From: the human T2T-CHM13v2.0 reference genome, Homo sapiens
DNA length: 64,000 nucleotides
Assembly (NCBI RefSeq): GCF_009914755.1
Contig: NC_060945.1
Strand: one strand, 5' to 3'
Positions 40,801 through 55,800 of this stretch are shown one piece after another. The number at the start of each line of letters is the position of its first letter. Position 1 is the stretch's first letter. The notes below the pieces were generated by a model. It saw only the letters and a list, made by a program, of their open reading frames with translations, was not told where the DNA came from and ran no database searches. The translations under genes and the position numbers were made by a program.

Positions 40801-43800
40801 ACCATTGTCTAGGCTTTGCGTACAGGGGGCTTTGTGACATACCTTTGCACTGATCACCCAGGTGATGTAACACATCTAAGTTCGGCCTAAAGGAGCTTTG
40901 TGACATATCTCTGCATTGATCACTTAGGTGATGTAACACTTTTATAATCACTGCCTACAGGGAATTTTGACAAATCTCTGCACTGATCACCTAGGTGATG
41001 TAACTCTTGTCTACCCTCTGTCCAACGGGGCATTGTGAAATGTCTCTGCACTGATCACCCAGGTGACTCAACTCTTGACTAGGAACTGCCTACAGAGGTT
41101 ATTGTGAAATATCTCTGCACTGATAAACTAGGTGGTGTAACCCTTGTCCAAGCTGTGCCTACAGGGGCGTTTCCACATATCCCTGAACTGATGACAAAGG
41201 TTATGTAACTCTTGCCTAGGCTTTGCCTACAGGGAACATTGGACATATATCTGCACTGATCACCTAGGTGATGCAACTCTTGCCTAGGCTTTGCCTACAG
41301 GGGACATTGTGACATATCTCTTCAATGATCACTCATCTGATGCATCTCTTGCCTAGGCTTTGCGTACAGGGGACATTGTGACATATCTCTGCACTGATCT
41401 CCCAGGTGCTGTAACTTTAGTCTAGGCTCTGGCTACACGGTATTGTGACATATCACTGTACTGATCAACCAGGTGATATAACTCTTGTATAGGCTCTGCC
41501 TACAGGGTGATTGTGACCTACCTCTGCACTGATCACCCAGGTGATATAACTCTTCTCTAGGATCTGCCTACAGGGTACTTTGTGACATATCCCTGCACTG
41601 ATCACCCAGGTGATCTAACTCTGGTCTAAGCTCTGCCTAAAGGGGCATTGTGACAGATCTCTGCACTGATCCCTCTGGTGATGTAAGTATTGTCTAGGCT
41701 CTGCTTCAAGGGGCCTTGTCACATATCTCTGCACTGATCACCCAGGTGATGTAACTCTTGTCTAGGCTCTGCTTCCAGGGCATATTGTGACATATCTATG
41801 CACTGATCACCTTAGTGATGTAACACTTTGGTAGGCTCGGCCTACAGGGGAATCTTGACATATCTTTGCACTGTTAACGGAGGTGATTTAACTCTTGTCT
41901 AGGCTGTGCCCACAGGGGGATTGAGACATATCTCTGCACTGATCCCGAGGTGATACAACTCTTGCCTGGTCTCTGCCTACTGTGGACATTGTGACATATC
42001 TCTGCACTGATCTCCCAGGTGCTGTAACTTTAGTCTATGCTCCGGCTACACGGCATTGTAACATATCACTACACTGATCACCCAGGCGATATAACTCTTC
42101 TCTAGGATCTGACCACAGGGTGCTTTGTGACATATCCCTGCAATGATCACCCAGGTGATATACCACTTGCCAAGGCTCTGCCTACAGGGGCATTGCAATG
42201 TATCTCTGCACTGATCACCTAGGTCTTGTAGCTATTTTCTAGGATCTGCCTACAGGGTGCTTTGTGACGTGTCCCAGCAAGGATTACCCAGGTAATGTAC
42301 CTCTCATCAAGGCTCTGCCTACAGGCACATTGTGATGTATCTCTGCACTGATCACCTAGGTCATGTAACTTTTTTCTAGGCTCTACCTACGATGGCATTG
42401 TGACATATCTCTGCACTAATCATCCAAGTGATGTAACACTTGTCTAGGATGTGCCTAAATTATCTTTTTGACATAACCCTGTACTGATCATCCAGGTGAT
42501 GGAGCTTTTGTCTAGGCTCTGCCTAAGGGGGCATTGTGACATATTTCTGCATTGATCACCCAGGTGGCGAACTCTTCTCTCCGATCTGCCTATGGGGGCA
42601 TTGTGAGAAATCTCTGCACTGATCACCCAGGTGATGTAATTGTTGTGTTACCTCTGCCTACAGGTTAATTGTGAGAGATCTCGTCACTGATTACCCAAGT
42701 GATGTAACCATTGTCTAGGCTTTGCGTACAGGGGGCTTTGTGACATACCTTTGCACTGATCACCCTGGTGATGTAACACATCAAAGTTCGGCCTAAAGGA
42801 GCTTTGTGACATATCTCTGCACTGATCACTTAGGTGATGTAACACTTTTATAATCACTGCCTACAGGGAATTTTGACAAATCTCTGCACTGATCACCTAG
42901 GTGATGTAACTCTTGTCTAACCTCTGTCCAACGGGGCATTGTGAAATATCTCTGCACTGATCACCCAGGTGATTCAACTCTTGACTAGGAACTGCCTACA
43001 GAGGTTATTGTGAAATACCTCTGCACTGATAAACTAGGTCGGGTAACCCTTGTCCAAGCTCTGCCTTCAGGGGCGTTTCCACATATCCCTGAACTGATGA
43101 CAAAAGTGATGTAACCCTTGCCTAGGCTTTGCCTACAGGGAACATTGGACATATATCTGCACTGATCACCCAGGTGATGCAACTCTTGCCTAGGCTTTGC
43201 CTACAGGGAACATTGGACATATATCTGCACTGATCACCCAGGTGATGCAACTCTTGCCTAGGCTTTGCCTACAGGGGACATTGTGACATATCTCTTCAAT
43301 GATCACTCATGTGATGCATCTCTTGCCTAGGCTTTGCCTACAGGCGACATTGTGACATATCTCTGCACTGATCTCCCAGGTGCTGTAACTTTAGTCTAGG
43401 CTCTGGCTACAAGGCATTGTGACCTACCTCTGCACTGATCACCCAGGTGTTATAACTCTTCTCTAGGATCTGCCTACAGGGTACTTTGTGACATATCCCT
43501 GCACTGATCACCCAGGTGATCTAACTCTGGTCTAAGCTCTGCCTAAAGGGGCATTGTGACAGATCTCTGCACTGATCACTCTGGTGATGTAAGTATTGTC
43601 TAGGCTCTGCTTCAAGGGGCCTTGTCACATATCTCTGCACTGATCACCCAGGTGATGTAACTCTTGTCTAGGCTCTGCTTCCAGGGCATATTGTGACATA
43701 TCTATGCACTGATCACCTTAGTGATTGAACACTTTGGTAGGCTCGGCCTACAGGGGAATCTTGACATATCTCTGCACTGTTAACCGAGGTGATTTAACTC

Positions 43801-46800
43801 TTGTCTAGGCTTTGCCCACAGGGGGATTGAGACATATCTCTGCACTGATCCCGAGGTGATACAACTCTTGCCTGGTCACTGCCTACTGTGGACATTGTGA
43901 CATATCTCTGCACTGATCTCCCAGGTGCTGTAACTTTTGTCTAGGCTCTGGCTACACGGCATTGTGACATATCACTGCACTGATCACCCAGGCGATATAA
44001 CTCTTCTCTAGGATCTGACCACAGGGTGCTTTGTGACATATCCCTGCAATGATCACCCAGGTGATATACCACTTGCCAAGGCTCTGCCTACAGGGGCATT
44101 GCAATGTATCTCTGCACTGATCACCTAGGTCTTGTAGCTATTTTCTAAGATCTGCCTACAGGGTGCTTTGTGACGTGTCCCAGCAAGGATTACCCAGGTG
44201 ATGTACCTCTCATCAAGGCTCTGCCTACAGGCACATTGTGATGTATCTCTGCACTGATCACCTAGGTCATGTAACTTTTTTCTAGGCTCTACCTACGATG
44301 GCATTGTGACATATCTCTGCACTAATCATCCAAGTGATGTAACTCTTGTCTAGGATGTGCCGAAATTAACTTTTTGACATAACCCTGTACTGATCATCCA
44401 GGTGATGGAGCTTTTGTCTAGGCTCTGCCTAAGGGGGCATTGTGACATATTTCTGCATTGATCACCCAGGTGGCGAACTCTTCTCTCGGATCTGCCTATG
44501 GGGGCATTTTGAGAAATCTCTGCACTGATCACCCAGGTGATGTAACTGTTGTGTAACCTCTGCCTACAGGGGAATTGTGAGAGATCTCGTCACTGATTAC
44601 CCAAGTGATGTAACCGTTGTCTAGGCTTTGCATACAGGGGGCTTTGTGACATACCTTTGCACTGATCACCCAGGTGATGTAACACATCTAAGTTCGGCCT
44701 AAAGGAGCTTTGTGACATATCTCTGCACTGATCGCTTAGGTGATGTAACACTTTTATAATCACTGCCTACAGGGAATTTTGACAAATCTCTGCACTGATC
44801 ACCTAGGTGATGTAACTCCTGTCTACCCTCTGTCCAACGGGGCATTGTGAAATACCTCTGCACTGATCACCCAGGTGATTCAACTCTTGACTAGGAACTG
44901 GCTACAGAGGTTATTGTGAAATATCTCTGCGCTGATAAACTAGGTGGTGTAAACCTTGTCAAAGCTCTGCCTACAGGGGCGTTTCGACATATCCCTGAAA
45001 TGATGACAAAGGTGATGTAACTCTTGCCTATGCTTTGCCTACAGGGAACATTGGACATATATCTGCACTGATCACCCAGGTGATGCAACTCTTGCCTAGG
45101 CTTTGAAAACAGGGGACATCGTAACATATCTCTTCAATGATCACTCATGTGATGCATCTCTTGCCTAGGCTTTACCTACAGGGGACATTGTGAAATATCT
45201 CTGCACTGATCTCCCAGGTGCTGTAACTTTAGTCTAGGCTCTGGCTACACGACATTGTGACATATCACTGCACTGATCAACCAGGTGATATAACTCTTGT
45301 ATAGGCTCTGCCTACAGGGGGATTGTGACCTACGACTGCACTGATCACCCAGGTGATATAACTCTTCTCTAGGATCTGCCTACAAGGTACTTTGTGACAT
45401 ATCCCTGCACTGATCACCCAGGTGATCTAACTCTGGTCTAAGCTCTGCCTAAAGGGGCATTGTGACAGATCTCTGCACTGATCACTCTGGTGATGTAAGT
45501 ATTTTCTAGGCTCGGCTTCAAGGGGCCTTGTCACATACCTCTGCACTGATCACCCAGGTGATGTAACTCTTGTCTAGGCTCTGCTTCCAGGGCATATTGT
45601 GACATATCTATGCACTGATCACCTTAGTGATGTAACACTTTGGTAGGCTCGGCCTACAGGGGAATCTTGACATATCTCTGCAGTTTTAACCGAGGTGATT
45701 GAACTCTTGTCTAGGCTGTGCCCACAGGGGGATTGAGACATATCTCTGCACTGATCCCGAGGTGATACAACTCTTGCCTGGTATCTGCCTACTGTGGACA
45801 TTGGGACATATCTCTGCACTGATCTCCCAGGTGCTGTAACTTTAGTCTAGGCTCTGGCTACACGGCATTGTGACATATCACTGCACTGATCACCCAGGCG
45901 ATATAACTCTTCTCTAGGATCTGACCACAGGGTGCTTTGTGACATATCCCTGCAATGATCACCCAGGTGATATACCACTTGCCAAGGCTCTGCCTACAGG
46001 GGCATTGCAATGTATCTCTGCACTGATCACCTAGGTCTTGTAGCTATTTTCTAGGATCTGCCTACAGGGTGCTTTGTGACGTGTCCCAGCAAGGATTACC
46101 CAGGTGATGTACCTCTCATCAAGGCTCTGCCTACAGGCACATTGTGATGTATCTCTGCACTGATCACCTAGGTCATGTAACTTTTTTCTAGGCTCTACCT
46201 ACGATGGCATTGTGACATATCTCTGCACTAATCATCCAAGTGATGTAACTCTTGTCTAGGATGTGCCGAAATTAACTTTATGACATAACCCTGTACTGAT
46301 CATCCAGGTGATGGAGCTTTTGTCTAGGCTCTGCCTAAGGGGGCATTGTGACATATTTCTGCATTGATCCCCCAGGTGGCGAACTCTTCTCTCGGATCTG
46401 CCTATGGGGGCATTGTGAGAAATCTCTGCACTGATCACCCAGGTGATGTAACTGTTGTGTATCCTCTGCCTACAGGGGAATTGTGAGAGATCTCGTCACT
46501 GATTACCCAAGTGATGTAACCGTTGTCTAGGCTTTGCATACAGGGGGCTTTGTGACATACCTTTGCACTGATCACCCAGGTGATGTAACACATCTAAGTT
46601 CGGCCTAAAGGAGCTTTGTGACATATCTCTGCACTGATCGCTTAGGTGATGTAACACTTTTATAATCACTGCCTACAGGGAATTTTGACAAATCTCTGCA
46701 CTGATCACCTAGGTGATGTAACTCCTGTCTACCCTCTGTCCAACGGGGCATTGTGAAATACCTCTGCACTGATCACCCAGGTGATTCAACTCTTGACTAG

Positions 46801-49800
46801 GAACTGGCTACAGAGGTTATTGTGAAATATCTCTGCGCTGATAAACTAGGTGGTGTAAACCTTGTCAAAGCTCTGCCTACAGGGGCGTTTCGACATATCC
46901 CTGAAATGATGACAAAGGTGATGTAACTCTTGCCTATGCTTTGCCTACAGGGAACATTGGACATATATCTGCACTGATCACCCAGGTGATGCAACTCTTG
47001 CCTAGGCTTTGAAAACAGGGGACATCGTAACATATCTCTTCAATGATCACTCATGTGATGCATCTCTTGCCTAGGCTTTACCTACAGGGGACATTGTGAA
47101 ATATCTCTGCACTGATCTCCCAGGTGCTGTAACTTTAGTCTAGGCTCTGCCTACACGACATTGTGACATATCACTGCACTCATCAACCAGGTGATATAAC
47201 TCTTGTATAGGCTCTGCCTACAGGGGGATTGTGACCTACGACTGCACTGATCACCCAGGTGATATAACTCTTCTCTAGGATCTGCCTACAAGGTACTTTG
47301 TGACATATCCCTGCACTGATCACCCAGGTGATCTAACTCTGGTCTAAGCTCTGCCTAAAGGGGCATTGTGACAGATCTCTGCACTGATCACTCTGGTGAT
47401 GTAAGTATTTTCTAGGCTCTGCTTCAAGGGGCCTTGTCACATACCTCTGCACTGATCACCCAGGTGATGTAACTCTTGTCTAGGCTCTGCTTCCAGGGCA
47501 TATTGTGACATATCTATGCACTGATCACCTTAGTGATGTAACACTTTGGTAGGCTCGGCCTACAGGGGAATCTTGACATATCTCTGCAGTTTTAACCGAG
47601 GTGATTGAACTCTTGTCTAGGCTGTGCCCACAGGGGGATTGAGACATATCTCTGCACTGATCCCGAGGTGATACAACTCTTGCCTGGTATCTGCCTACTG
47701 TGGACATTGGGACATATCTCTGCACTGATCTCCCAGGTGCTGTAACTTTAGTCTAGGCTCTGGCTACACGGCATTGTGACATATCACTGCACTGATCACC
47801 CAGGCGATATAACTCTTCTCTAGGATCTGACCACAGGGTGCTTTGTGACATATCCCTGCAATGATCACCCAGGTGATATACCACTTGCCAAGGCTCTGCC
47901 TACAGGGGCATTGCAATGTATCTCTGCACTGATCACCTAGGTCTTGTAGCTATTTTCTAGGATCTGCCTACAGGGTGCTTTGTGACGTGTCCCAGCAAGG
48001 ATTACCCAGGTGATGTACCTCTCATCAAGGCTCTGCCTACAGGCACATTGTGATGTATCTCTGCACTGATCACCTAGGTCATGTAACTTTTTTCTAGGCT
48101 CTACCTACGATGGCATTGTGACATATCTCTGCACTAATCATCCAAGTGATGTAACTCTTGTCTAGGATGTGCCGAAATTAACTTTTTGACATAACCCTGT
48201 ACTGATCATCCAGGTGATGGAGCTTTTGTCTAGGCTCTGCCTAAGGGGGCATTGTGACATATTTCTGCATTGATCACCCAGGTGGCGAACTCTTCTCTCG
48301 GATCTGCCTATGGGGGCATTGTGAGAAATCTCTGCACTGATCACCCAGGTGATGTAACTGTTGTGTTACCTCTGCCTACAGGTTAATTGTGAGAGATCTC
48401 GTCACTGATTACCCAAGTGATGTAACCATTGTCTAGACTTTGCGTACAGGGGGCTTTGTGACATACCTTTGCACTGATCACCCAGGTGATGTAACACATC
48501 TAAGTTCGGCCTAAAGGAGCTTTGTGACATATCTCTGCACTGATCACTTAGGTGATGTAACACTTTTATAATCACTGCCTACAGGGAATTTTGACAAATC
48601 TCTGCACTGATCACCTAGGCGATGTAACTCTTGTCTACCCTCTGTCCAACGGGGCATTGTGAAATGTCTCTGCACTGATCACCCAGGTGACTCAACTCTT
48701 GACTAGGAACTGCCTACAGAGGTTATTGTGAAATATCTCTGCACTGATAAACTAGGTGGTGTAACCCTTGTCCAAGCTCTGCCTACAGGGGCGTTTCCAC
48801 ATATCCCTGAACTGATGACAAAGGTTATGTAACTCTTGCCTAGGCTTTGCCTACAGGGAACATTGGACATATATCTGCACTGATCACCTAGGTGATGCAA
48901 CTCTTGCCTAGGCTTTGCCTACAGGGGACATTGTGACATATCTCTTCAATGATCACTCATCTGATGCATCTCTTACCTAGGCTTTGCGTACAGGGGACAT
49001 TGTGACATATCTCTGCACTGATCTCCCAGGTGCTGTAACTTTAGTCTAGGCTCTGGCTACACGGTATTGTGACATATCACTGTACTGATCAACCAGGTGA
49101 TATAACTCTTGTATAGGCTCTGCCTACAGGGTGATTGTGACCTACCTCTGCACTGATCACCCAGGTGATATAACTCTTCTCTAGGATCTGCCTACAGGGT
49201 ACTTTGTGACATATCCCTGCACTGATCACCCAGGTGATCTAACTCTGGTCTAAGCTCTGCCTAAAGGGGCATTGTGACAGATCTCTGCACTGATCCCTCT
49301 GGTGATGTAAGTATTGTCTAGGCTCTGCTTCAAGGGGCCTTGTCACATATCTCTGCACTGATCACCCAGGTGATGTAACTCTTGTCTAGGCTCTGCTTCC
49401 AGGGCATATTGTGACATATCTATGCACTGATCACCTTAGTGATGTAACACTTTGGTAGGCTCGGCCTACAGGGGAATCTTGACATATCTTTGCACTGTTA
49501 ACGGAGGTGATTTAACTCTTGTCTAGGCTGTGCCCATAGGGGGATTGAGACATATCTCTGCACTGATCCCGAGGTGATACAACTCTTGCCTGGTCTCTGC
49601 CTACTGTGGACATTGTGACATATCTCTGCACTGATCTCCCAGGTGCTGTAACTTTAGTCTATGCTCCGGCTACACGGCATTGTAACATATCACTACACTG
49701 ATCACCCAGGCGATATAACTCTTCTCTAGGATCTGACCACAGGGTGCTTTGTGACATATCCCTGCAATGATCACCCAGGTGATATACCACTTGCCAAGGC

Positions 49801-52800
49801 TCTGCCTACAGGGGCATTGCAATGTATCTCTGCACTGATCACCTAGGTCTTGTAGCTATTTTCTAGGATCTGCCTACAGGGTGCTTTGTGACGTGTCCCA
49901 GCAAGGATTACCCAGGTAATGTACCTCTCATCAAGGCTCTGTCTACAGGCACATTGTGATGTATCTCTGCACTGATCACCTAGGTCATGTAACTTTTTTC
50001 TAGGCTCTACCTACGATGGCATTGTGACATATCTCTGCACTAATCATCCAAGTGATGTAACCCTTGTCTAGGATCTGCCTAAATTATCTTTTTGACATAA
50101 CCCTGTACTGATCATCCAGGTGATGGAGCTTTTGTCTAGGCTCTGCCTAAGGGGGCATTGTGACATATTTCTGCATTGATCACCCAGGTGGCGAACTCTT
50201 CTCTCGGATCTGCCTATGGGGGCATTGTGAGAAATCTCTGCACTGATCACCCAGGTGATGTAATTGTTGTGTTACCTCTGCCTACAGGTTAATTGTGAGA
50301 GATCTCGTCACTGATTACCCAAGTGATGTAACCATTGTCTAGGCTTTGCGTACAGGGGGCTTTGTGACATACCTTTGCACTGATCACCCTGGTGATGTAA
50401 CACATCAAAGTTCGGCCTAAAGGAGCTTTGTGACATATCTCTGCACTGATCACTTAGGTGATGTAACACTTTTATAATCACTGCCTACAGGGAATTTTGA
50501 CAAATCTCTGCACTGATCACCTAGGTGATGTAACTCTTGTCTAACCTCTGTCCAACGGGGCATTGTGAAATATCTCTGCACTGATCACCCAGGTGATTCA
50601 ACTCTTGACTAGGAACTGCCTACAGAGGTTATTGTGAGATACCTCTGCACTGATAAACTAGGTCGGGTAACCCTTGTCCAAGCTCTGCCTTCAGGGGCGT
50701 TTCCACATATCCCTGAACTGATGACAAAAGTGATGTAACCCTTGCCTAGGCTTTGCCTACAGGGAACATTGGACATATATCTGCACTGATCACCCAGGTG
50801 ATGCTACTCTTGCCTAGGCTTTGCCTACAGGGAACATTGGACATATATCTGCACTGATCACCCAGGTGATGCAACTCTTGCCTAGGCTTTGCCTACAGGG
50901 GACATTGTGACATATCTCTTCAATGATCACTCATGTGATGCATCTCTTGCCTAGGCTTTGCCTACAGGCGACATTGTGACATATCTCTGCACTGATCTCC
51001 CAGGTGCTGTAACTTTAGTCTAGGCTCTGGCTACAAGGCATTGTGACCTACCTCTGCACTGATCACCCAGGTGTTATAACTCTTCTCTGGGATCTGCCTA
51101 CAGGGTACTTTGTGACATATCCCTGCACTGATCACCCAGGTGATCTAACTCTGGTCTAAGCTCTGCCTAAAGGGGCATTGTGACAGATCTCTGCACTGAT
51201 CACTCTGGTGATGTAAGTATTGTCTAGGCTCTGCTTCAAGGGGCCTTGTCACATATCTCTGCACTGATCACCCAGGTGATGTAACTCTTGTCTAGGCTCT
51301 GCTTCCAGGGCATATTGTGACATATCTATGCACTGATCACCTTAGTGATTGAACACTTTGGTAGGCTCGGCCTACAGGGGAATCTTGACATATCTCTGCA
51401 CTGTTAACCGAGGTGATTTAACTCTTGTCTAGGCTGTGCCCACAGGGGGATTGAGACATATCTCTGCACTGATCCCGAGGTGATACAACTCTTGCCTGGT
51501 CACTGCCTACTGTGGACATTGTGACATATCTCTGCACTGATCTCCCAGGTGCTGTAACTTTTGTCTAGGCTCTGGCTACACGGCATTGTGACATATCACT
51601 GCACTGATCACCCAGGCGATATAACTCTTCTCTAGGATCTGACCACATGGTGCTTTGTGACATATCCCTGCAATGATCACCCAGGTGATATACCACTTGC
51701 CAAGGCTCTGCCTACAGGGGCATTGCAATGTATCTCTGCACTGATCACCTAGGTCTTGTAGCTATTTTCTAGGATCTGCCTACAGGGTGCTTTGTGACGT
51801 GTCCCAGCAAGGATTACCCAGGTGATGTACCTCTCATCAAGGCTCTGCCTACAGGCACATTGTGATGTATCTCTGCACTGATCACCTAGGTCATGTAACT
51901 TTTTTCTAGGCTCTACCTACGATGGCATTGTGACATATCTCTGCACTAATCATCCAAGTGATGTAACTCTTGTCTAGGATGTGCCGAAATTAACTTTTTG
52001 ACATAACCCTGTACTGATCATCCAGGTGATGGAGCTTTTGTCTAGGCTCTGCCTAAGGGGGCATTGTGACATATTTCTGCATTGATCACCCAGGTGGCGA
52101 ACTCTTCTCTCGGATCTGCCTATGGGGGTATTTTGAGAAATCTCTGCACTGATCACCCAGGTGATGTAACTGTTGTGTAACCTCTGCCTACAGGGGAATT
52201 GTGAGAGATCTCGTCACTGATTACCCAAGTGATGTAACCGTTGTCTAGGCTTTGCATACAGGGGGCTTTGTGACATACCTTTGCACTGATCACCCAGGTG
52301 ATGTAACACATCTAAGTTCGGCCTAAAGGAGCTTTGTGACATATCTCTGCACTGATCGCTTAGGTGATGTAACACTTTTATAATCACTGCCTACAGGGAA
52401 TTTTGACAAATCTCTGCACTGATCACCTAGGTGATGTAACTCCTGTCTACCCTCTGTCCAACGGGGCATTGTGAAATACCTCTGCACTGATCACCCAGGT
52501 GATTCAACTCTTGACTAGGAACTGGCTACAGAGGTTATTGTGAAATATCTCTGCGCTGATAAACTAGGTGGTGTAAACCTTGTCAAAGCTCTGCCTACAG
52601 GGGCGTTTCGACATATCCCTGAAATGATGACAAAGGTGATGTAACTCTTGCCTATGCTTTGCCTACAGGGAACATTGGACATATATCTGCACTGATCACC
52701 CAGGTGATGCAACTCTTGCCTAGGCTTTGAAAACAGGGGACATCGTAACATATCTCTTCAATGATCACTCATGTGATGCATCTCTTGCCTAGGCTTTACC

Positions 52801-55800
52801 TACAGGGGACATTGTGAAATATCTCTGCACTGATCTCCCAGGTGCTGTAACTTTAGTCTAGGCTCTGGCTACACGACATTGTGACATATCACTGCACTGA
52901 TCAACCAGGTGATATAACTCTTGTATAGGCTCTGCCTACAGGGGGATTGTGACCTACGACTGCACTGATCACCCAGGTGATATAACTCTTCTCTAGGATC
53001 TGCCTACAAGGTACTTTGTGACATATCCCTGCACTGATCACCCAGGTGATCTAACTCTGGTCTAAGCTCTGCCTAAAGGGGCATTGTGACAGATCTCTGC
53101 ACTGATCACTCTGGTGATGTAAGTATTTTCTAGGCTCGGCTTCAAGGGGCCTTGTCACATACCTCTGCACTGATCACCCAGGTGATGTAACTCTTGTCTA
53201 GGCTCTGCTTCCAGGGCATATTGTGACATATCTATGCACTGATCACCTTAGTGATGTAACACTTTGGTAGGCTCGGCCTACAGGGGAATCTTGACATATC
53301 TCTGCAGTTTTAACCGAGGTGATTGAACTCTTGTCTAGGCTGTGCCCACAGGGGGATTGAGACATATCTCTGCACTGATCCCGAGGTGATACAACTCTTG
53401 CCTGGTATCTGCCTACTGTGGACATTGGGACATATCTCTGCACTGATCTCCCAGGTGCTGTAACTTTAGTCTAGGCTCTGGCTACACGGCATTGTGACAT
53501 ATCACTGCACTGATCACCCAGGCGATATAACTCTTCTCTAGGATCTGACCACAGGGTGCTTTGTGACATATCCCTGCAATGATCACCCAGGTGATATACC
53601 ACTTGCCAAGGCTCTGCCTACAGGGGCATTGCAATGTATCTCTGCACTGATCACCTAGGTCTTGTAGCTATTTTCTAGGATCTGCCTACAGGGTGCTTTG
53701 TGACGTGTCCCAGCAAGGATTACCCAGGTGATGTACCTCTCATCAAGGCTCTGCCTACAGGCACATTGTGATGTATCTCTGCACTGATCACCTAGGTCAT
53801 GTAACTTTTTTCTAGGCTCTACCTACGATGGCATTGTGACATATCTCTGCACTAATCATCCAAGTGATGTAACTCTTGTCTAGGATGTGCCGAAATTAAC
53901 TTTATGACATAACCCTGTACTGATCATCCAGGTGATGGAGCTTTTGTCTAGGCTCTGCCTAAGGGGGCATTGTGACATATTTCTGCATTGATCCCCCAGG
54001 TGGCGAACTCTTCTCTCGGATCTGCCTATGGGGGCATTGTGAGAAATCTCTGCACTGATCACCCAGGTGATGTAACTGTTGTGTATCCTCTGCCTACAGG
54101 GGAATTGTGAGAGATCTCGTCACTGATTACCCAAGTGATGTAACCGTTGTCTAGGCTTTGCATACAGGGGGCTTTGTGACATACCTTTGCACTGATCACC
54201 CAGGTGATGTAACACATCTAAGTTCGGCCTAAAGGAGCTTTGTGACATATCTCTGCACTGATCGCTTAGGTGATGTAACACTTTTATAATCACTGCCTAC
54301 AGGGAATTTTGACAAATCTCTGCACTGATCACCTAGGTGATGTAACTCCTGTCTACCCTCTGTCCAACGGGGCATTGTGAAATACCTCTGCACTGATCAC
54401 CCAGGTGATTCAACTCTTGACTAGGAACTGGCTACAGAGGTTATTGTGAAATATCTCTGCGCTGATAAACTAGGTGGTGTAAACCTTGTCAAAGCTCTGC
54501 CTACAGGGGCGTTTCGACATATCCCTGAAATGATGACAAAGGTGATGTAACTCTTGCCTATGCTTTGCCTACAGGGAACATTGGACATATATCTGCACTG
54601 ATCACCCAGGTGATGCAACTCTTGCCTAGGCTTTGAAAACAGGGGACATCGTAACATATCTCTTCAATGATCACTCATGTGATGCATCTCTTGCCTAGGC
54701 TTTACCTACAGGGGACATTGTGAAATATCTCTGCACTGATCTCCCAGGTGCTGTAACTTTAGTCTAGGCTCTGCCTACACGACATTGTGACATATCACTG
54801 CACTCATCAACCAGGTGATATAACTCTTGTATAGGCTCTGCCTACAGGGGGATTGTGACCTACGACTGCACTGATCACCCAGGTGATATAACTCTTCTCT
54901 AGGATCTGCCTACAAGGTACTTTGTGACATATCCCTGCACTGATCACCCAGGTGATCTAACTCTGGTCTAAGCTCTGCCTAAAGGGGCATTGTGACAGAT
55001 CTCTGCACTGATCACTCTGGTGATGTAAGTATTTTCTAGGCTCTGCTTCAAGGGGCCTTGTCACATACCTCTGCACTGATCACCCAGGTGATGTAACTCT
55101 TGTCTAGGCTCTGCTTCCAGGGCATATTGTGACATATCTATGCACTGATCACCTTAGTGATGTAACACTTTGGTAGGCTCGGCCTACAGGGGAATCTTGA
55201 CATATCTCTGCAGTTTTAACCGAGGTGATTGAACTCTTGTCTAGGCTGTGCCCACAGGGGGATTGAGACATATCTCTGCACTGATCCCGAGGTGATACAA
55301 CTCTTGCCTGGTATCTGCCTACTGTGGACATTGGGACATATCTCTGCACTGATCTCCCAGGTGCTGTAACTTTAGTCTAGGCTCTGGCTACACGGCATTG
55401 TGACATATCACTGCACTGATCACCCAGGCGATATAACTCTTCTCTAGGATCTGACCACAGGGTGCTTTGTGACATATCCCTGCAATGATCACCCAGGTGA
55501 TATACCACTTGCCAAGGCTCTGCCTACAGGGGCATTGCAATGTATCTCTGCACTGATCACCTAGGTCTTGTAGCTATTTTCTAGGATCTGCCTACAGGGT
55601 GCTTTGTGACGTGTCCCAGCAAGGATTACCCAGGTGATGTACCTCTCATCAAGGCTCTGCCTACAGGCATATTGTGAAGTATCTCTGCACTGATCACCTA
55701 GGTCATGTAACTTTTTTCTAGGCTCTACCTACGATGGCATTGTGACATATCTCTGCACTAATCATCCAAGTGATGTAACTCTTGTCTAGGATGTGCCTAA

